Assembly: GCA_030674475.1 (NCBI GenBank)
Contig: JAUSCZ010000033.1
Location: 52,018-116,017 of the forward strand
Length of the DNA: 64,000 nt
From: Candidatus Omnitrophota bacterium
GTDB taxonomy: Bacteria; Omnitrophota; Gorgyraeia; Gygaellales; UBA12090
Direction of reading: 5' to 3'
Positions 8,665-18,943 of the stretch are shown piece by piece. Below the pieces are notes generated by a model that saw only the letters and a program-made list of their open reading frames with translations, was not told the DNA's origin and ran no database searches. The first letter of the stretch is position 1. Every line of letters begins with the position of its first letter. A program made the translations under genes and the position numbers.

Positions 8665-9957
8665 ATGGATAAGATTAATGTGGGATTAATTGGTTTTGGA
8701 ACGGTAGGTGAGGGCGTGGTCAGGGCATTGCTTACCAGGGAAAAGTTCCTGAAAGAGAAGGTTGGCGCGGGCCTGGTTTTAAAAGCCGTCTGCGATAAGG
8801 ATATCCGGCGTCCGCGTGAGATAAAGGTAAAATCGGGTATTTTAACCACGGATATAAATAGGATTTTAAATGATTCGGATATCCGGATTGTGGTTGAGCT
8901 TATCGGGGGGATACATCCGGCCAAGGAATTTATTTTGGAGGCTTTTAAGCGGGGTAAGCATGTGGTTACCGCTAACAAGGCCCTTTTGGCTGAGTGCGGT
9001 GAAGAGATTTTCCAGGCGGCCAGAAACTACAAGGTTGACCTTTATTTTGAGGCTTCAGTGGGAGGGGGGATTCCGATTATCAAGGCCCTGAGAGAGTCTT
9101 TGGGGGCTAACCATATTGATACCGTGCTGGGAATCGTCAATGGGACATCTAATTATATTCTTACCTCAATGGAAAAGGATGGCTTAAGTTTCAATCAGGC
9201 CCTTTTAGAGGCTAAGAAAAAAGGCTATGCCGAGAAAAACTCAGGCCTAGACATTAAAGGTTTTGACTCCGCGCATAAGCTGGCGATTTTGGCTTTGCTG
9301 GGCTTCGGCAAGAGCGTGAACATAAAAGATATTTATGTGGAGGGAATCGAAGATATCTCTTTAAGCGATATTGAATACGCCCGGGATTTTGGTTATGTGA
9401 TTAAGTTATTAGCTATTGCCAAGAATGTCCGCGGCCAGCTTGAGGTGAGGGTGCATCCCACACTTTTATCCAAAGAGCATCTGCTTTCTAATGTCAGCGG
9501 CGTCTATAATGCTATCTATGTGCACGGAGATTACGCGGGAGGAACGCTTTTCTACGGCAGGGGCGCGGGTTCACGCCCCGCGGCAAGCTCGGTGCTGGGG
9601 GATATAATTGATGTAGCCAGAAACATAAAGAGTGGTTCTGTGGGCCGCGTGCCGGTGTATACCGCGGATAAGACGATTAAGAATCTGCGTCCGATCAGCG
9701 AGATCGAAACCCGCTACTATCTTAGGCTTTCGGTTATTGACCGTCCGGGCGGTTTAGCCAGGATTGCCGATATTCTAGGCCGGCAGGGAATTTCTATCGC
9801 TTCGGTGACTCAAAAAGAAAGGCAGCAGGCCAGGATGGTTCCGGTAGTGATGATGACCCACGACGCCAGGGAAAAGAATATGCGCCTGGCTCTGGATGAG
9901 ATTGACAGACTTGACGCGGTTAAGAAAAAAACCGTGGCCATCAGGGTTGAGCGATAG
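8665..9957 (+). CDS. hom: Homoserine dehydrogenase with ACT domain
   Basis: GFGTVG, VVTANK, EASVGGGIP, NGTSNYIL; C-terminal ACT domain. Confidence 0.95.
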   Translation: MDKINVGLIGFGTVGEGVVRALLTREKFLKEKVGAGLVLKAVCDKDIRRPREIKVKSGILTTDINRILNDSDIRIVVELIGGIHPAKEFILEAFKRGKHVVTANKALLAECGEEIFQAARNYKVDLYFEASVGGGIPIIKALRESLGANHIDTVLGIVNGTSNYILTSMEKDGLSFNQALLEAKKKGYAEKNSGLDIKGFDSAHKLAILALLGFGKSVNIKDIYVEGIEDISLSDIEYARDFGYVIKLLAIAKNVRGQLEVRVHPTLLSKEHLLSNVSGVYNAIYVHGDYAGGTLFYGRGAGSRPAASSVLGDIIDVARNIKSGSVGRVPVYTADKTIKNLRPISEIETRYYLRLSVIDRPGGLARIADILGRQGISIASVTQKERQQARMVPVVMMTHDAREKNMRLALDEIDRLDAVKKKTVAIRVER

Positions 9958-9993
9958 TGCGCTGTGAATTAATTATTAATATGACAGCGCACA

Positions 9994-10074
9994 GAGCAAT
10001 TGAGCAATAGAAAATAGAACAATAGAGAAAATAAAAGCTCAATTGCGGTCTAATGCTCAATTGTTCTATTGTTC
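9994..10074. repeat. Inverted array of ~8-bp units (GAGCAATT/GAACAATA vs TGCTCAAT/TGTTCTAT)
   Basis: Tandem units followed by their reverse complements in the intergenic space. Confidence 0.6.
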
Positions 10075-10120
10075 AAAACAGCAGTTTTGCTATCAATAAC
10101 TAATTTCACAGAGCATTAGA

Positions 10121-11179
10121 ATGTATAGCGGCATAATTGAAAGATTTCGTAAACAGCTTCCTGTTTCTAGAGATACTCCGGTAGTCAGCCTCAAAGAAGG
10201 AAATACCCCTTTAATACTTTCGGATTGCCTGAGCCGAATTATAGGCAAAGGTTTTGAGGTGTATCTGAAATATGAAGGCCTGAATCCCACCGGTTCTTTT
10301 AAAGACCGGGGGATGACCATGGCAGTCTCAAAAGCTAAGGAAGCTGGGAGCAGAGTTATAATCTGTGCCTCAACCGGAAACACCTCGGCTTCGGCAGCCG
10401 CCTACGCCGCCAAGGCTGGCATTAAATGCGTGGTTTTAATCCCGGAGGGGGCGATTGCCCTGGGTAAGCTGGCTCAGGCCCTTATCCACGGGGCCAAGGT
10501 TCTGGCGGTCAGGGGAAATTTTGACCAGGCCCTTAGCTTAGTCAAGGAGATTGCCGCCAAATATTCAATTACTTTGGTAAATTCCCTTAATCCTTATCGC
10601 TTAGAAGGGCAGAAGACCGCGGCCTTTGAAATTTGCGAGGATTTAGGATGTGCCCCGGATTTTCAATGTATTCCGGTAGGCAACGCCGGAAACATCACTG
10701 CTTATTGGAAAGGTTATAAGGAATATAAACAGAACGGTAAGATTGAATTTCTACCTAAAATGCTGGGATTTCAAGCTCGGGGAGCAGCCCCGATTGTGAA
10801 AGGGCACCCCATAAAAAATCCTAAAACTATCGCTACCGCCATCAGGATAGGTAACCCGGCAAGCTGGCGTCAGGCGGAGGCGGCCCGCGATGAATCCCGC
10901 GGTTTAATTGACGCGGTCAGCGACGCTGAGATAATCTCGGCCTATAAATTACTGGCTTCTCGTGAAGGCATCTTTGTTGAGCCGGCCTCGGCGGCCTCAG
11001 TTGCCGGTTTATTGAAATTAGTCAAAAGCGGATATTTTAAGAAATCACCAATCACCAAGATAGTTTGTATTCTGACTGGCCATGGCCTTAAGGATCCGGA
11101 GCGGGTAATTAAAGTTATCAAAAGACCCAAAGTGGTTAAGGCGGAATTGAAAGCTGTTCTTAAAGAAATTGGATATTAA
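10121..11179 (+). CDS. thrC: Threonine synthase
   Basis: [13 protein letters not shown] lysine motif, ASTGNTS, PVGNAGN. Confidence 0.95.
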   Translation: MYSGIIERFRKQLPVSRDTPVVSLKEGNTPLILSDCLSRIIGKGFEVYLKYEGLNPTGSFKDRGMTMAVSKAKEAGSRVIICASTGNTSASAAAYAAKAGIKCVVLIPEGAIALGKLAQALIHGAKVLAVRGNFDQALSLVKEIAAKYSITLVNSLNPYRLEGQKTAAFEICEDLGCAPDFQCIPVGNAGNITAYWKGYKEYKQNGKIEFLPKMLGFQARGAAPIVKGHPIKNPKTIATAIRIGNPASWRQAEAARDESRGLIDAVSDAEIISAYKLLASREGIFVEPASAASVAGLLKLVKSGYFKKSPITKIVCILTGHGLKDPERVIKVIKRPKVVKAELKAVLKEIGY

Positions 11180-11846
11180 AGCAGAGCTAAGAACTAAGAA
11201 TCCAAAATTAAGAAATAAGCGGGTTTTGATTACTGCCGGGCCGACCTGGGTTCCTGTAGATGAGGTGAGGGTTATTTCAAATATAGCCAGCGGGGAGACC
11301 GGAATCCTGCTGGCGGAAAAACTGCTTAAACATGGAGCCGGGGTAACTCTGGTCCTGGGTCCGGTAGAGTCCTGTAGTATCAGTGGTTCGACTACGCCCA
11401 GGATTGATAAAAAGATTAAGCTGGTAAGATTTAAATTCTTTGATCAGCTAAGAAGCCGGCTTAAAAAAGAACTTCTTTCTAAAAACTACGATTGTGTCAT
11501 CCACTGCGCGGCAGTCTCTGATTTTAGGCCGTTAAATCCAATCAAGGGAAAACTTGCTTCGAATAAGACCCATAATCTGAAATTAACCGTTTTACCTAAG
11601 ATAGTCAACGAAATACGGAAATTACACCCCGCGGCAAAATTAGTGATGTTTAAGCTGGAGGCGGGTATTTCCGATATTGAGTTGATCCGCAGGGCCCGCG
11701 AAGCCTTGCTTAAGGCTCGAGCGGATTTAATAGTGGCCAATAGAATTACTCCTTCCTATAAAGCTTTTATTCTTAATAAGAATGAAACCCTGGGCTGTGT
11801 CCATTCCAAGAAAGAATTAGCGGATAAATTGGCTGATTTAATTTAG
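11169..11846 (+). CDS. coaB: Phosphopantothenoylcysteine synthetase (stand-alone CoaB domain)
   Basis: [28 protein letters not shown] and VAN motifs. Confidence 0.85.
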   Translation: MDIKAELRTKNPKLRNKRVLITAGPTWVPVDEVRVISNIASGETGILLAEKLLKHGAGVTLVLGPVESCSISGSTTPRIDKKIKLVRFKFFDQLRSRLKKELLSKNYDCVIHCAAVSDFRPLNPIKGKLASNKTHNLKLTVLPKIVNEIRKLHPAAKLVMFKLEAGISDIELIRRAREALLKARADLIVANRITPSYKAFILNKNETLGCVHSKKELADKLADLI

Positions 11847-11886
11847 ATTGAGCAGAATTGTCTAAGAAAATACTTGAGGTGAAGTT

Positions 11887-13080
11887 TTGAAATATCTTAT
11901 CTTAGTCGGGGATGGGATGGGGGATTATCCTATTGAGAGCCTGGGGAATAAAACTCCTCTGGAATACGCCAAGACCCCGAATATGGATTTCCTGGCCACA
12001 AACGGTAAGCTGGGATTAGTCAGAACTATCCCCGAGGGCCTGTCCCCGGCCTCGGATGTGGCTAACCTGGCCATATTCGGCTATGATCCTAAGGTTTACT
12101 ATTCCGGAAGAGGGCCGTTTGAGGCGGCTAATTTAGGGGTCGCGCTTAAGGATGATGAGATTGCCTTTCGTTGTAATTTAATTACGGCGAGCGCGGATAA
12201 ACTCATTGACTACAGCGCCGGCCATATTTCCACCAAAGAGGCTAAGGTCTTGATAGAATTCTTAGATGAGAAATTAGGCTCTCCGGAGCTGAAATTTTAT
12301 CCCGGGGTAAGTTATCGGCACCTGGTAGTGGTCAAGGCTAAAGGCTTAACAGCGCGCTGTGTCCCCCCGCACGATATTACCGGAAGAGAATTCAAAAAAT
12401 ACCTGCCTAAGGGCCCGGATGCCCAATTTTTGGTATCTCTGATGCAGGAATCGGCGAAGATTTTAGCCGAGCACGAGGTAAATCAGGTCAGGATTGACCT
12501 GAAAGAAAACCCGGCGAATATGATTTGGCTCTGGGGTCAGGGAAAAAGGCCGTCCCTGGTCAGCCTTAAAGACAAATATGGAATAAGCGGCTCAGTTATT
12601 TCAGCGGTGGACTTGATCAAAGGGATTGGCCGCGTAGCCGGTTTAGAGGTTATAAATGTTCCCGGGGCCACCGGTTATTATGATACTAATTACCTGGGGA
12701 AAGCCGAGGCGGCAATCGCTGCGTTTAAAACTAAAGATTTAGTGTATCTGCATGTGGAGGCCCCGGACGAGGCCTCCCATAACGGCAATATGCAGGAGAA
12801 GATTTTGGCCATTGAGCGATTTGACCAATTAGTGGTAGGAACAATCTTAGAGGCTTTAAAAAAGAAAGAGGATTTTAGAATCCTTCTTCTGCCTGACCAC
12901 GCCACACCCCTGGCCCTGCGCACCCATACCGCTGACAGCGTTTGTTTCGCGCTGTACGGAAAGGGTATTTCCGCCTGCGGTCTAGAGGGATTTAACGAGG
13001 CCCAGGCCAAGAAAAGCGGCATATTCCTGGACCAGGCCCATATCCTGATGGATAGGCTGATTAAGGAAGAGGAAATATAG
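11887..13080 (+). CDS. apgM: Cofactor-independent phosphoglycerate mutase family (ApgM-like; proposed homoserine-kinase subfamily)
   Basis: GDGMGD, SDVA, GRGPFEA, EAPDEASH and PDHATP metal ligands. Confidence 0.85.
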   Translation: MKYLILVGDGMGDYPIESLGNKTPLEYAKTPNMDFLATNGKLGLVRTIPEGLSPASDVANLAIFGYDPKVYYSGRGPFEAANLGVALKDDEIAFRCNLITASADKLIDYSAGHISTKEAKVLIEFLDEKLGSPELKFYPGVSYRHLVVVKAKGLTARCVPPHDITGREFKKYLPKGPDAQFLVSLMQESAKILAEHEVNQVRIDLKENPANMIWLWGQGKRPSLVSLKDKYGISGSVISAVDLIKGIGRVAGLEVINVPGATGYYDTNYLGKAEAAIAAFKTKDLVYLHVEAPDEASHNGNMQEKILAIERFDQLVVGTILEALKKKEDFRILLLPDHATPLALRTHTADSVCFALYGKGISACGLEGFNEAQAKKSGIFLDQAHILMDRLIKEEEI

Positions 13081-13085
13081 ATTTG

Positions 13086-13135
13086 GGTGCGATAAATCGC
13101 ACCGCTACGGTAGCGGCGCCATTTATGGCGCTAAT
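13086..13135. repeat. REP-like palindromic doublet (second copy at 47346-47395)
   Basis: GGTGCGATAAATCGCACCGCTACGGTAGCGGCGCCATTTATGGCGCTAAT; 47/50 identical to the other copy. Confidence 0.85.
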
Positions 13136-13153
13136 GTGCTAGGAGGTAATTGC

Positions 13154-14422
13154 GTGGGAAGACTGATTGTGCAGAAATACGGCGGCTCTTCGGTAGCTAA
13201 TCCTGAAAGAATCAAGAATGTGGCTCGCCGGGTGGTTGACTATAAGAAAAAAGGCAATGATTTGGTGGTGGTGGTTTCGGCCTTAGGAGACACTACCGAC
13301 GAGTTGATTGAGCTGGCCGCTAAAATTTCAGACAATCCTCCGGAAAGGGAGATGGATATGCTGCTTTCTACCGGTGAGCAGATTTCAGTTGCCCTTCTGG
13401 CTATGGCCATTCAGGAATTGGGGTTTGAGGCAATTTCTTTAACCGGCTCGCAGGTGGGCATTATTACCGATACCGTGCACACCAAGGCCCGGATTGTCAA
13501 AATTGAGGCCCAGAAACTGCGCCAGGAACTAAAAAAAGGCAGGATTGTGATTGTCGCCGGTTTCCAGGGGATGACCCCGGATCAGGATATTACCACCCTG
13601 GGAAGAGGGGGCTCGGATTTAAGCGCGGTGGCCCTGGCTAAGACCCTGGGGGCTGATGAGTGCGAGATCTATACCGATGTTGAGGGGATATTTACCGCTG
13701 ATCCGCGCGTTGAGCCCAGGGCGCGTAAACTTGAAAACATCACTTATGATGAGATGTTGGAGATGGCCTCATTAGGCGCCCAGGTAATGCAGGCGCGCTC
13801 AATCGAGGTGGCTAAGAAATTTGATGTGCCGATACATGTCAGGTCCTCATTTTCACGAAAACGAGGGACAATGATTATCAGGGAGGTAAAGAATATGGAA
13901 GATGTTTTGGTTACCGGGGTAACCTTAAATAAGAATGAGTCTAAAATTACTGTGTGCGATGTCCCGGATAAGCCCGGTATCGCCGCCAGGATTTTTACTC
14001 AGCTTTCCGAGGGCGGCATCAATGTGGATATGATTGTGCAGAATGTCTCGCATACCAAGCAGACTGATATTTCTTTTACTGTTCCTAAAAACGACGGGGC
14101 CAGGGCAATCAGGTTGACTAAAAAGGCGGCCAGCGGCTTGGGCTATGGGAAGCCCAACCACGGCCCTCTGGCCAGCGGCTTGGGAGAGCTTCAGGTGTTG
14201 GAGGATTCGGATATCGCTAGGATTTCCATAGTCGGGGTAGGGATGAAAACTCATTCCGGGGTAGCCGCTAAAATGTTTGAAACCCTGGCTGAGGAGAAGA
14301 TAAATATTGAGATGATTTCTACCTCCGAGATCAGCATCTCTTGTATCATCAAGAAAAAATCCGCCGAAATCGCCCTCAGGGCCCTGCATCATAAATTCGG
14401 CTTGGATAAAATAAATAAATAA
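13154..14422 (+). CDS. lysC: Aspartate kinase
   Basis: AGGAGG RBS with GTG start; QKYGGSSV, TTLGRGGSD, two ACT domains. Confidence 0.95.
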   Translation: MGRLIVQKYGGSSVANPERIKNVARRVVDYKKKGNDLVVVVSALGDTTDELIELAAKISDNPPEREMDMLLSTGEQISVALLAMAIQELGFEAISLTGSQVGIITDTVHTKARIVKIEAQKLRQELKKGRIVIVAGFQGMTPDQDITTLGRGGSDLSAVALAKTLGADECEIYTDVEGIFTADPRVEPRARKLENITYDEMLEMASLGAQVMQARSIEVAKKFDVPIHVRSSFSRKRGTMIIREVKNMEDVLVTGVTLNKNESKITVCDVPDKPGIAARIFTQLSEGGINVDMIVQNVSHTKQTDISFTVPKNDGARAIRLTKKAASGLGYGKPNHGPLASGLGELQVLEDSDIARISIVGVGMKTHSGVAAKMFETLAEEKINIEMISTSEISISCIIKKKSAEIALRALHHKFGLDKINK

Positions 14423-14546
14423 AAGACATCCTACTAATGAGAAAGAAACGGGGATGTCTGATTACAACGATTAAAAGGCAGATTACAGAGATTAAAACAG
14501 GTATAATCTTTATGTTTATCTCTGAAGATTACACCAGAGAGGGACT

Positions 14547-16112
14547 ATGCGTAAAATAGAACTTTACGATACCACTTTGCGTGACGGGGCCCAGACCGAG
14601 GGGATTTCCTATTCGGTCCAGGATAAGGTGCGGATTGCCCGAAAGCTTGATCAGATGGGAGTCCACTTTATTGAGGCGGGCTGGCCGGCTAACCCTAAGG
14701 ATAAGGAAGTTTTTAAGATTTTAAGAAACCAGCCGCTTAAGAACGCCGTCCTTACCGCTTTTGGGGCCACTCGCCGGGCGGATAAAAAAGTAAATCTTGA
14801 CCCCAGCCTAAAAAGCATACTTGAGGCCCAAACCAAAGCGGTTACCATCTTCGGTAAGACCTGGGATTTGCATATTAAGGATGTTTTAAAGATTTCTTTG
14901 GAGGAAAATCTTAAAATAATCGCGGATACGGTTTTCTATCTGGTTTCCAAAGGAAAGACCGTGATTTATGACTGCGAGCATTTTTTTGACGGCTATAAGA
15001 GCAATCCCGAATACGCCTTAAAGACGGTTTTGGCCGCCCAGGATGCCGGGGCCGCCAGAATAGTCTTTTGCGATACTAACGGCGGGACAATAAGTTCGGA
15101 GTTGATCCGGATTATTCACCAGGTTGCCCCCAAATTAAAGGCGGCCTTGGGAATCCACGCCCATAATGATTTAGGTTTGGCGGTGGCTAATTCTATCCTC
15201 GCGCTTGAAAACGGCTTTACCCATGTTCAGGGAACCTTTAACGGTTATGGTGAACGCTGCGGTAATGCCGATCTCTCCACCATCATCGGGATTTTAAAGA
15301 CTAAGCTGAATCTTGACTGTATCCCGGACAAGAATCTCAAAGAGCTGACCAAAACCTCGCATTTTATCAGCGAGATTTCCAATCTGCGCCAACAGCCGAA
15401 TCAACCCTTTGTGGGGGCCTCCGCCTTCGCGCATAAGGGCGGGGTGCATATTGATGCCATGCTCAAGAACCCCAAGACCTACGAGCATATTGACCCGGAC
15501 TTGGTTGGCAATCACCGCCGGCTTTTGGCTTCCGAGCTCTCTGGCAAGATGCCTATTGTCTTAAAGGCCAAGGAATTTGCTATTGACTTGGATAAAAAAT
15601 CACCCCAAGCCAGGAAAATCTTAAAGTTACTGCAGGATTTAGAGCACCAGGGTTATCAGTTTGAAGCCGCGGATGCCTCTTTTGAAATCCTGATTAAGCG
15701 CGCCCTTAAACAATACAACAAATTTTTTGATTTGGAGAGTTTTCGGGTGGTGGTGGAAAAAAAGCCTGACGGAAAGATTACCTCGGAGGCGATTATCAAG
15801 GTAAGGGTTAAAGGAATGTTGGAGCATACCGCCGCCGACGGAGACGGCCCGGTGAACGCCCTGGATAATGCCCTGCGTAAAGCCCTGAAATCTTTCTATC
15901 CTAATTTAAGCCGGATGCATCTGTCGGACTTTAAGGTGCGGGTGCTGGACGAGAAGGCCGGCACTGCCGCCAGGGTGCGGGTGCTCATCCAGTCCCAGGA
16001 TGAAAAGGATTCCTGGGGAACGGTAGGGGTATCCGGGAATATCATTGAGGCCAGCTGGCAGGCCCTGGTAGACAGCGTGGAGTATAAGCTGTTAAAAGAC
16101 GGAACAAAATAA
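14547..16112 (+). CDS. cimA: Citramalate synthase
   Basis: DTTLRDG, EHFFDG, HAHND, GYGERCGN, AHKGG; LeuA-type regulatory C-terminus. Confidence 0.9.
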   Translation: MRKIELYDTTLRDGAQTEGISYSVQDKVRIARKLDQMGVHFIEAGWPANPKDKEVFKILRNQPLKNAVLTAFGATRRADKKVNLDPSLKSILEAQTKAVTIFGKTWDLHIKDVLKISLEENLKIIADTVFYLVSKGKTVIYDCEHFFDGYKSNPEYALKTVLAAQDAGAARIVFCDTNGGTISSELIRIIHQVAPKLKAALGIHAHNDLGLAVANSILALENGFTHVQGTFNGYGERCGNADLSTIIGILKTKLNLDCIPDKNLKELTKTSHFISEISNLRQQPNQPFVGASAFAHKGGVHIDAMLKNPKTYEHIDPDLVGNHRRLLASELSGKMPIVLKAKEFAIDLDKKSPQARKILKLLQDLEHQGYQFEAADASFEILIKRALKQYNKFFDLESFRVVVEKKPDGKITSEAIIKVRVKGMLEHTAADGDGPVNALDNALRKALKSFYPNLSRMHLSDFKVRVLDEKAGTAARVRVLIQSQDEKDSWGTVGVSGNIIEASWQALVDSVEYKLLKDGTK

Positions 16113-16120
16113 AAGAAGCT

Positions 16121-18943
16121 ATGATTGAGTTGAATAGCCACTACGAACCTAAAGAGGTTGAGGATAGGATATATGCCTTTTGGCAGGAGCGGAATTTATT
16201 TGCCACCAAGGCCAATCCTGGCAAGAAGCCTTTCTGCATTGTTATCCCTCCGCCTAATGTTACCGGTATCTTGCATATGGGCCATGCCTTGAATAATACC
16301 TATCAGGATATTTTAATCCGCCTGAACCGGATGCGGGGTTTTGAGTCTTTATGGATGTCCGGTACCGACCACGCCGGAATTGCCACCCAGAATGTAGTTG
16401 AGCGTAAGCTGGCCAAGGAAGGCTTAAAGCGCCAGGATTTAGGCCGGGATAAGTTTTTAGAGAGGGTTTGGCAGTGGAAGGAGGAATACGGCTCAACCAT
16501 AATTAAACAGCTGAAGAAATTAGGGTCTTCCTGTGATTGGGAGCGCACCAGATTTACTATGGATGAGGAGTATTCTCAAGCGGTGCGGGAGGTTTTTGTC
16601 AGGCTGTGGGATAAGGGCCTGATTTATCAGGGGGATAGGATCATCAACTGGTGCCCCCGCTGCCAGACCGCCTTATCCGATGAAGAGGCAGTGCATCATG
16701 AAATTAACGGGAATTTGTATTACATAAAATATCCAATTAAGCCGACAGCTGACAGCCGACAGCTGACAGCCGACTATATTGTGGTGGCGACTACCCGGCC
16801 GGAGACAATGCTGGGGGATACGGCGGTGGCGGTTAATTCCAAAGACCGGCGGTATAAAAAACTTATCGGCCAGACGGTTATTTTACCTTTACTTGAGCGG
16901 GAAATTAAAATTATCGCCGATGAATTCGTGGATTCAAAATTCGGCACCGGCGCGGTAAAGGTTACTCCGGCGCATGATCCTAATGATTATGAGATGGGCA
17001 AGCGCCATAATCTGGAATTTATCAACATAATGCATCCGGACGCGCTCTTGAATGTCAATGCCGGGGAATACGCGGGCAGGGACAGGTTTGAGGCCCGGGA
17101 GGCCATAATAGAAGATTTAAGAGCAAGAAAGCTTCTGGAGAAGATAGAACCGCATACACATTCGGTCGGTCATTGTTACCGCTGCAATACCATAGTTGAA
17201 CCGTATTTATCCCGGCAGTGGTTTGTGAAGATGAAACCCTTGGCTGAACCGGCAATTAAGGCAGTTAAAGACGGCACAATTAAATTCTACCCTAAGCGCT
17301 GGACGAAGGTATATTTGAATTGGATGGAAAACATCCGCGATTGGTGTATCTCCCGGCAGATTTGGTGGGGACATCGGCTTCCTGTTTATTATTGCAAGAA
17401 ATGTCAGGAAACAGGAAGCCTAAATTCAAAAGTCAAAAGTCAAAACTCAAAATCCGCGTTTAATGGGATAACAGTATCAAAAGATAAATTAGATAAATGC
17501 CCTGTGTGCGGGTCGGGGGATATTTATCAGGATGAAGATGTCTTGGATACCTGGTTTTCTTCCTGGCTGTGGCCTTTTGCCACCTTTGGCTGGCCGTTTC
17601 AGCCCTCAGTCGAAAGCCGAAAGCCGAAAGCCGAAAGCCATAACCCGCAAGCTGACTTAGATTATTTTTATCCCACCTCGGTTTTAGTTACTGCTCCGGA
17701 GATAATTTTTTTCTGGGTGGCCCGGATGATTATGGCTGGTTTTGAGTTTATGGGTAAAGAACCGTTTCGGGATGTCTATATCCATGGCACGGTCCGGGAT
17801 ATCGAAGGTAAAAAGATGTCAAAATCATTAGGCAATATCATTGACCCCTTAAATATTATCGCTCAATACGGCAGTGATGCCTTAAGATTCAGCCTGATGT
17901 CTTTAACCTCCGTGGGTCAGGATGTCTATCTATCGGAGCAGAAATTTGAACTGGGCAGGAATTTTGCCAATAAGCTTTGGAACGCCTCGCGTTTTTCATT
18001 GATGAATCTGGATTTGAAGGTGGTGAATACGGATCTTTGCCTGTTTTTTAAAAAAGAAAAATTGGAATTGCCGGAGCGCTGGATTTTGAGCCGATTTTAC
18101 TCGATGCTTCAATCTTTGAATAAAGCTTTGGACAGCTATAACTTTAATCAGGCCTCTGGTATTCTTTATGAATTTACCTGGCATGAATTCTGCGATTGGT
18201 ATTTAGAATTGGCCAAGCCAATTCTAGTAAACAGAGAACCCTTCGACTCCGCTCAGGGCAGGCAGAGTGCAGAGAACAGAAATACCCAGATAGTTTTATA
18301 TAAAGTTTTAGAAAAGACCCTGAGGTGCCTGCATCCTTTTATGCCGTTTATTACTGAGGAAATCTGGCAGAAATTGATAGTAGGGGCAGGTTCAGAACCT
18401 GCCCCTACCGAAAGCATTATGACTCAGCCCTGGCCGCACATCCAGAAGCAGATGATTGATAAAAAGGCCGAAGGCGCTATGCGAATAGCCATTGAGGTTA
18501 TTACCGCGATCCGGAATCTCAAGGCCCAAATGAAACTCACTTCGGCTCAAATCGTCAAGGTCAGCTTGTTAACCAAAGACCAGAAGACTCAAAAGATTTT
18601 GGATCAGGTCTCTAAATATATTATCAATCTGGCTAAGCTAGAAGGGTTGAATATCGGTTCGGAAGATTTGACGCGTAAAAGAGGCGTCAGCGCTATTGCC
18701 GGGAACATCCAGGTGTTCTTGGAACTGGAGGGGTTGATTGATATAGAAAAAGAGATAGAAAAACTAAATAAAGAAATAGAAAGCTTAAGTAAGGATGTAA
18801 AGGCTAAGGAAGCCCGCTTAGGCAATAAGGAGTTTAATGAGAAGGCCCCTCCTGAGATTGTGGAAAAAGAGAAGGAATTATTAGCCGCGGGTAAAGAAAA
18901 GTTAACTCACCTGAATAAAATCATCCATGAGCTTAAAAAATAA
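16121..18943 (+). CDS. valS: Valine--tRNA ligase
   Basis: PPPNVTG-HMGH, DWCISRQ, KMSKS, C-terminal coiled coil; contains repeat-derived inserts. Confidence 0.97.
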   Translation: MIELNSHYEPKEVEDRIYAFWQERNLFATKANPGKKPFCIVIPPPNVTGILHMGHALNNTYQDILIRLNRMRGFESLWMSGTDHAGIATQNVVERKLAKEGLKRQDLGRDKFLERVWQWKEEYGSTIIKQLKKLGSSCDWERTRFTMDEEYSQAVREVFVRLWDKGLIYQGDRIINWCPRCQTALSDEEAVHHEINGNLYYIKYPIKPTADSRQLTADYIVVATTRPETMLGDTAVAVNSKDRRYKKLIGQTVILPLLEREIKIIADEFVDSKFGTGAVKVTPAHDPNDYEMGKRHNLEFINIMHPDALLNVNAGEYAGRDRFEAREAIIEDLRARKLLEKIEPHTHSVGHCYRCNTIVEPYLSRQWFVKMKPLAEPAIKAVKDGTIKFYPKRWTKVYLNWMENIRDWCISRQIWWGHRLPVYYCKKCQETGSLNSKVKSQNSKSAFNGITVSKDKLDKCPVCGSGDIYQDEDVLDTWFSSWLWPFATFGWPFQPSVESRKPKAESHNPQADLDYFYPTSVLVTAPEIIFFWVARMIMAGFEFMGKEPFRDVYIHGTVRDIEGKKMSKSLGNIIDPLNIIAQYGSDALRFSLMSLTSVGQDVYLSEQKFELGRNFANKLWNASRFSLMNLDLKVVNTDLCLFFKKEKLELPERWILSRFYSMLQSLNKALDSYNFNQASGILYEFTWHEFCDWYLELAKPILVNREPFDSAQGRQSAENRNTQIVLYKVLEKTLRCLHPFMPFITEEIWQKLIVGAGSEPAPTESIMTQPWPHIQKQMIDKKAEGAMRIAIEVITAIRNLKAQMKLTSAQIVKVSLLTKDQKTQKILDQVSKYIINLAKLEGLNIGSEDLTRKRGVSAIAGNIQVFLELEGLIDIEKEIEKLNKEIESLSKDVKAKEARLGNKEFNEKAPPEIVEKEKELLAAGKEKLTHLNKIIHELKK

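Noticed and set aside
14437-14559. Ile/Thr-rich 40-codon ORF upstream of cimA resembling an attenuator leader
   Set aside because: No RBS and no terminator/antiterminator seen; the Ile codons derive from GATTAC-type microrepeats and the ORF overlaps the cimA start
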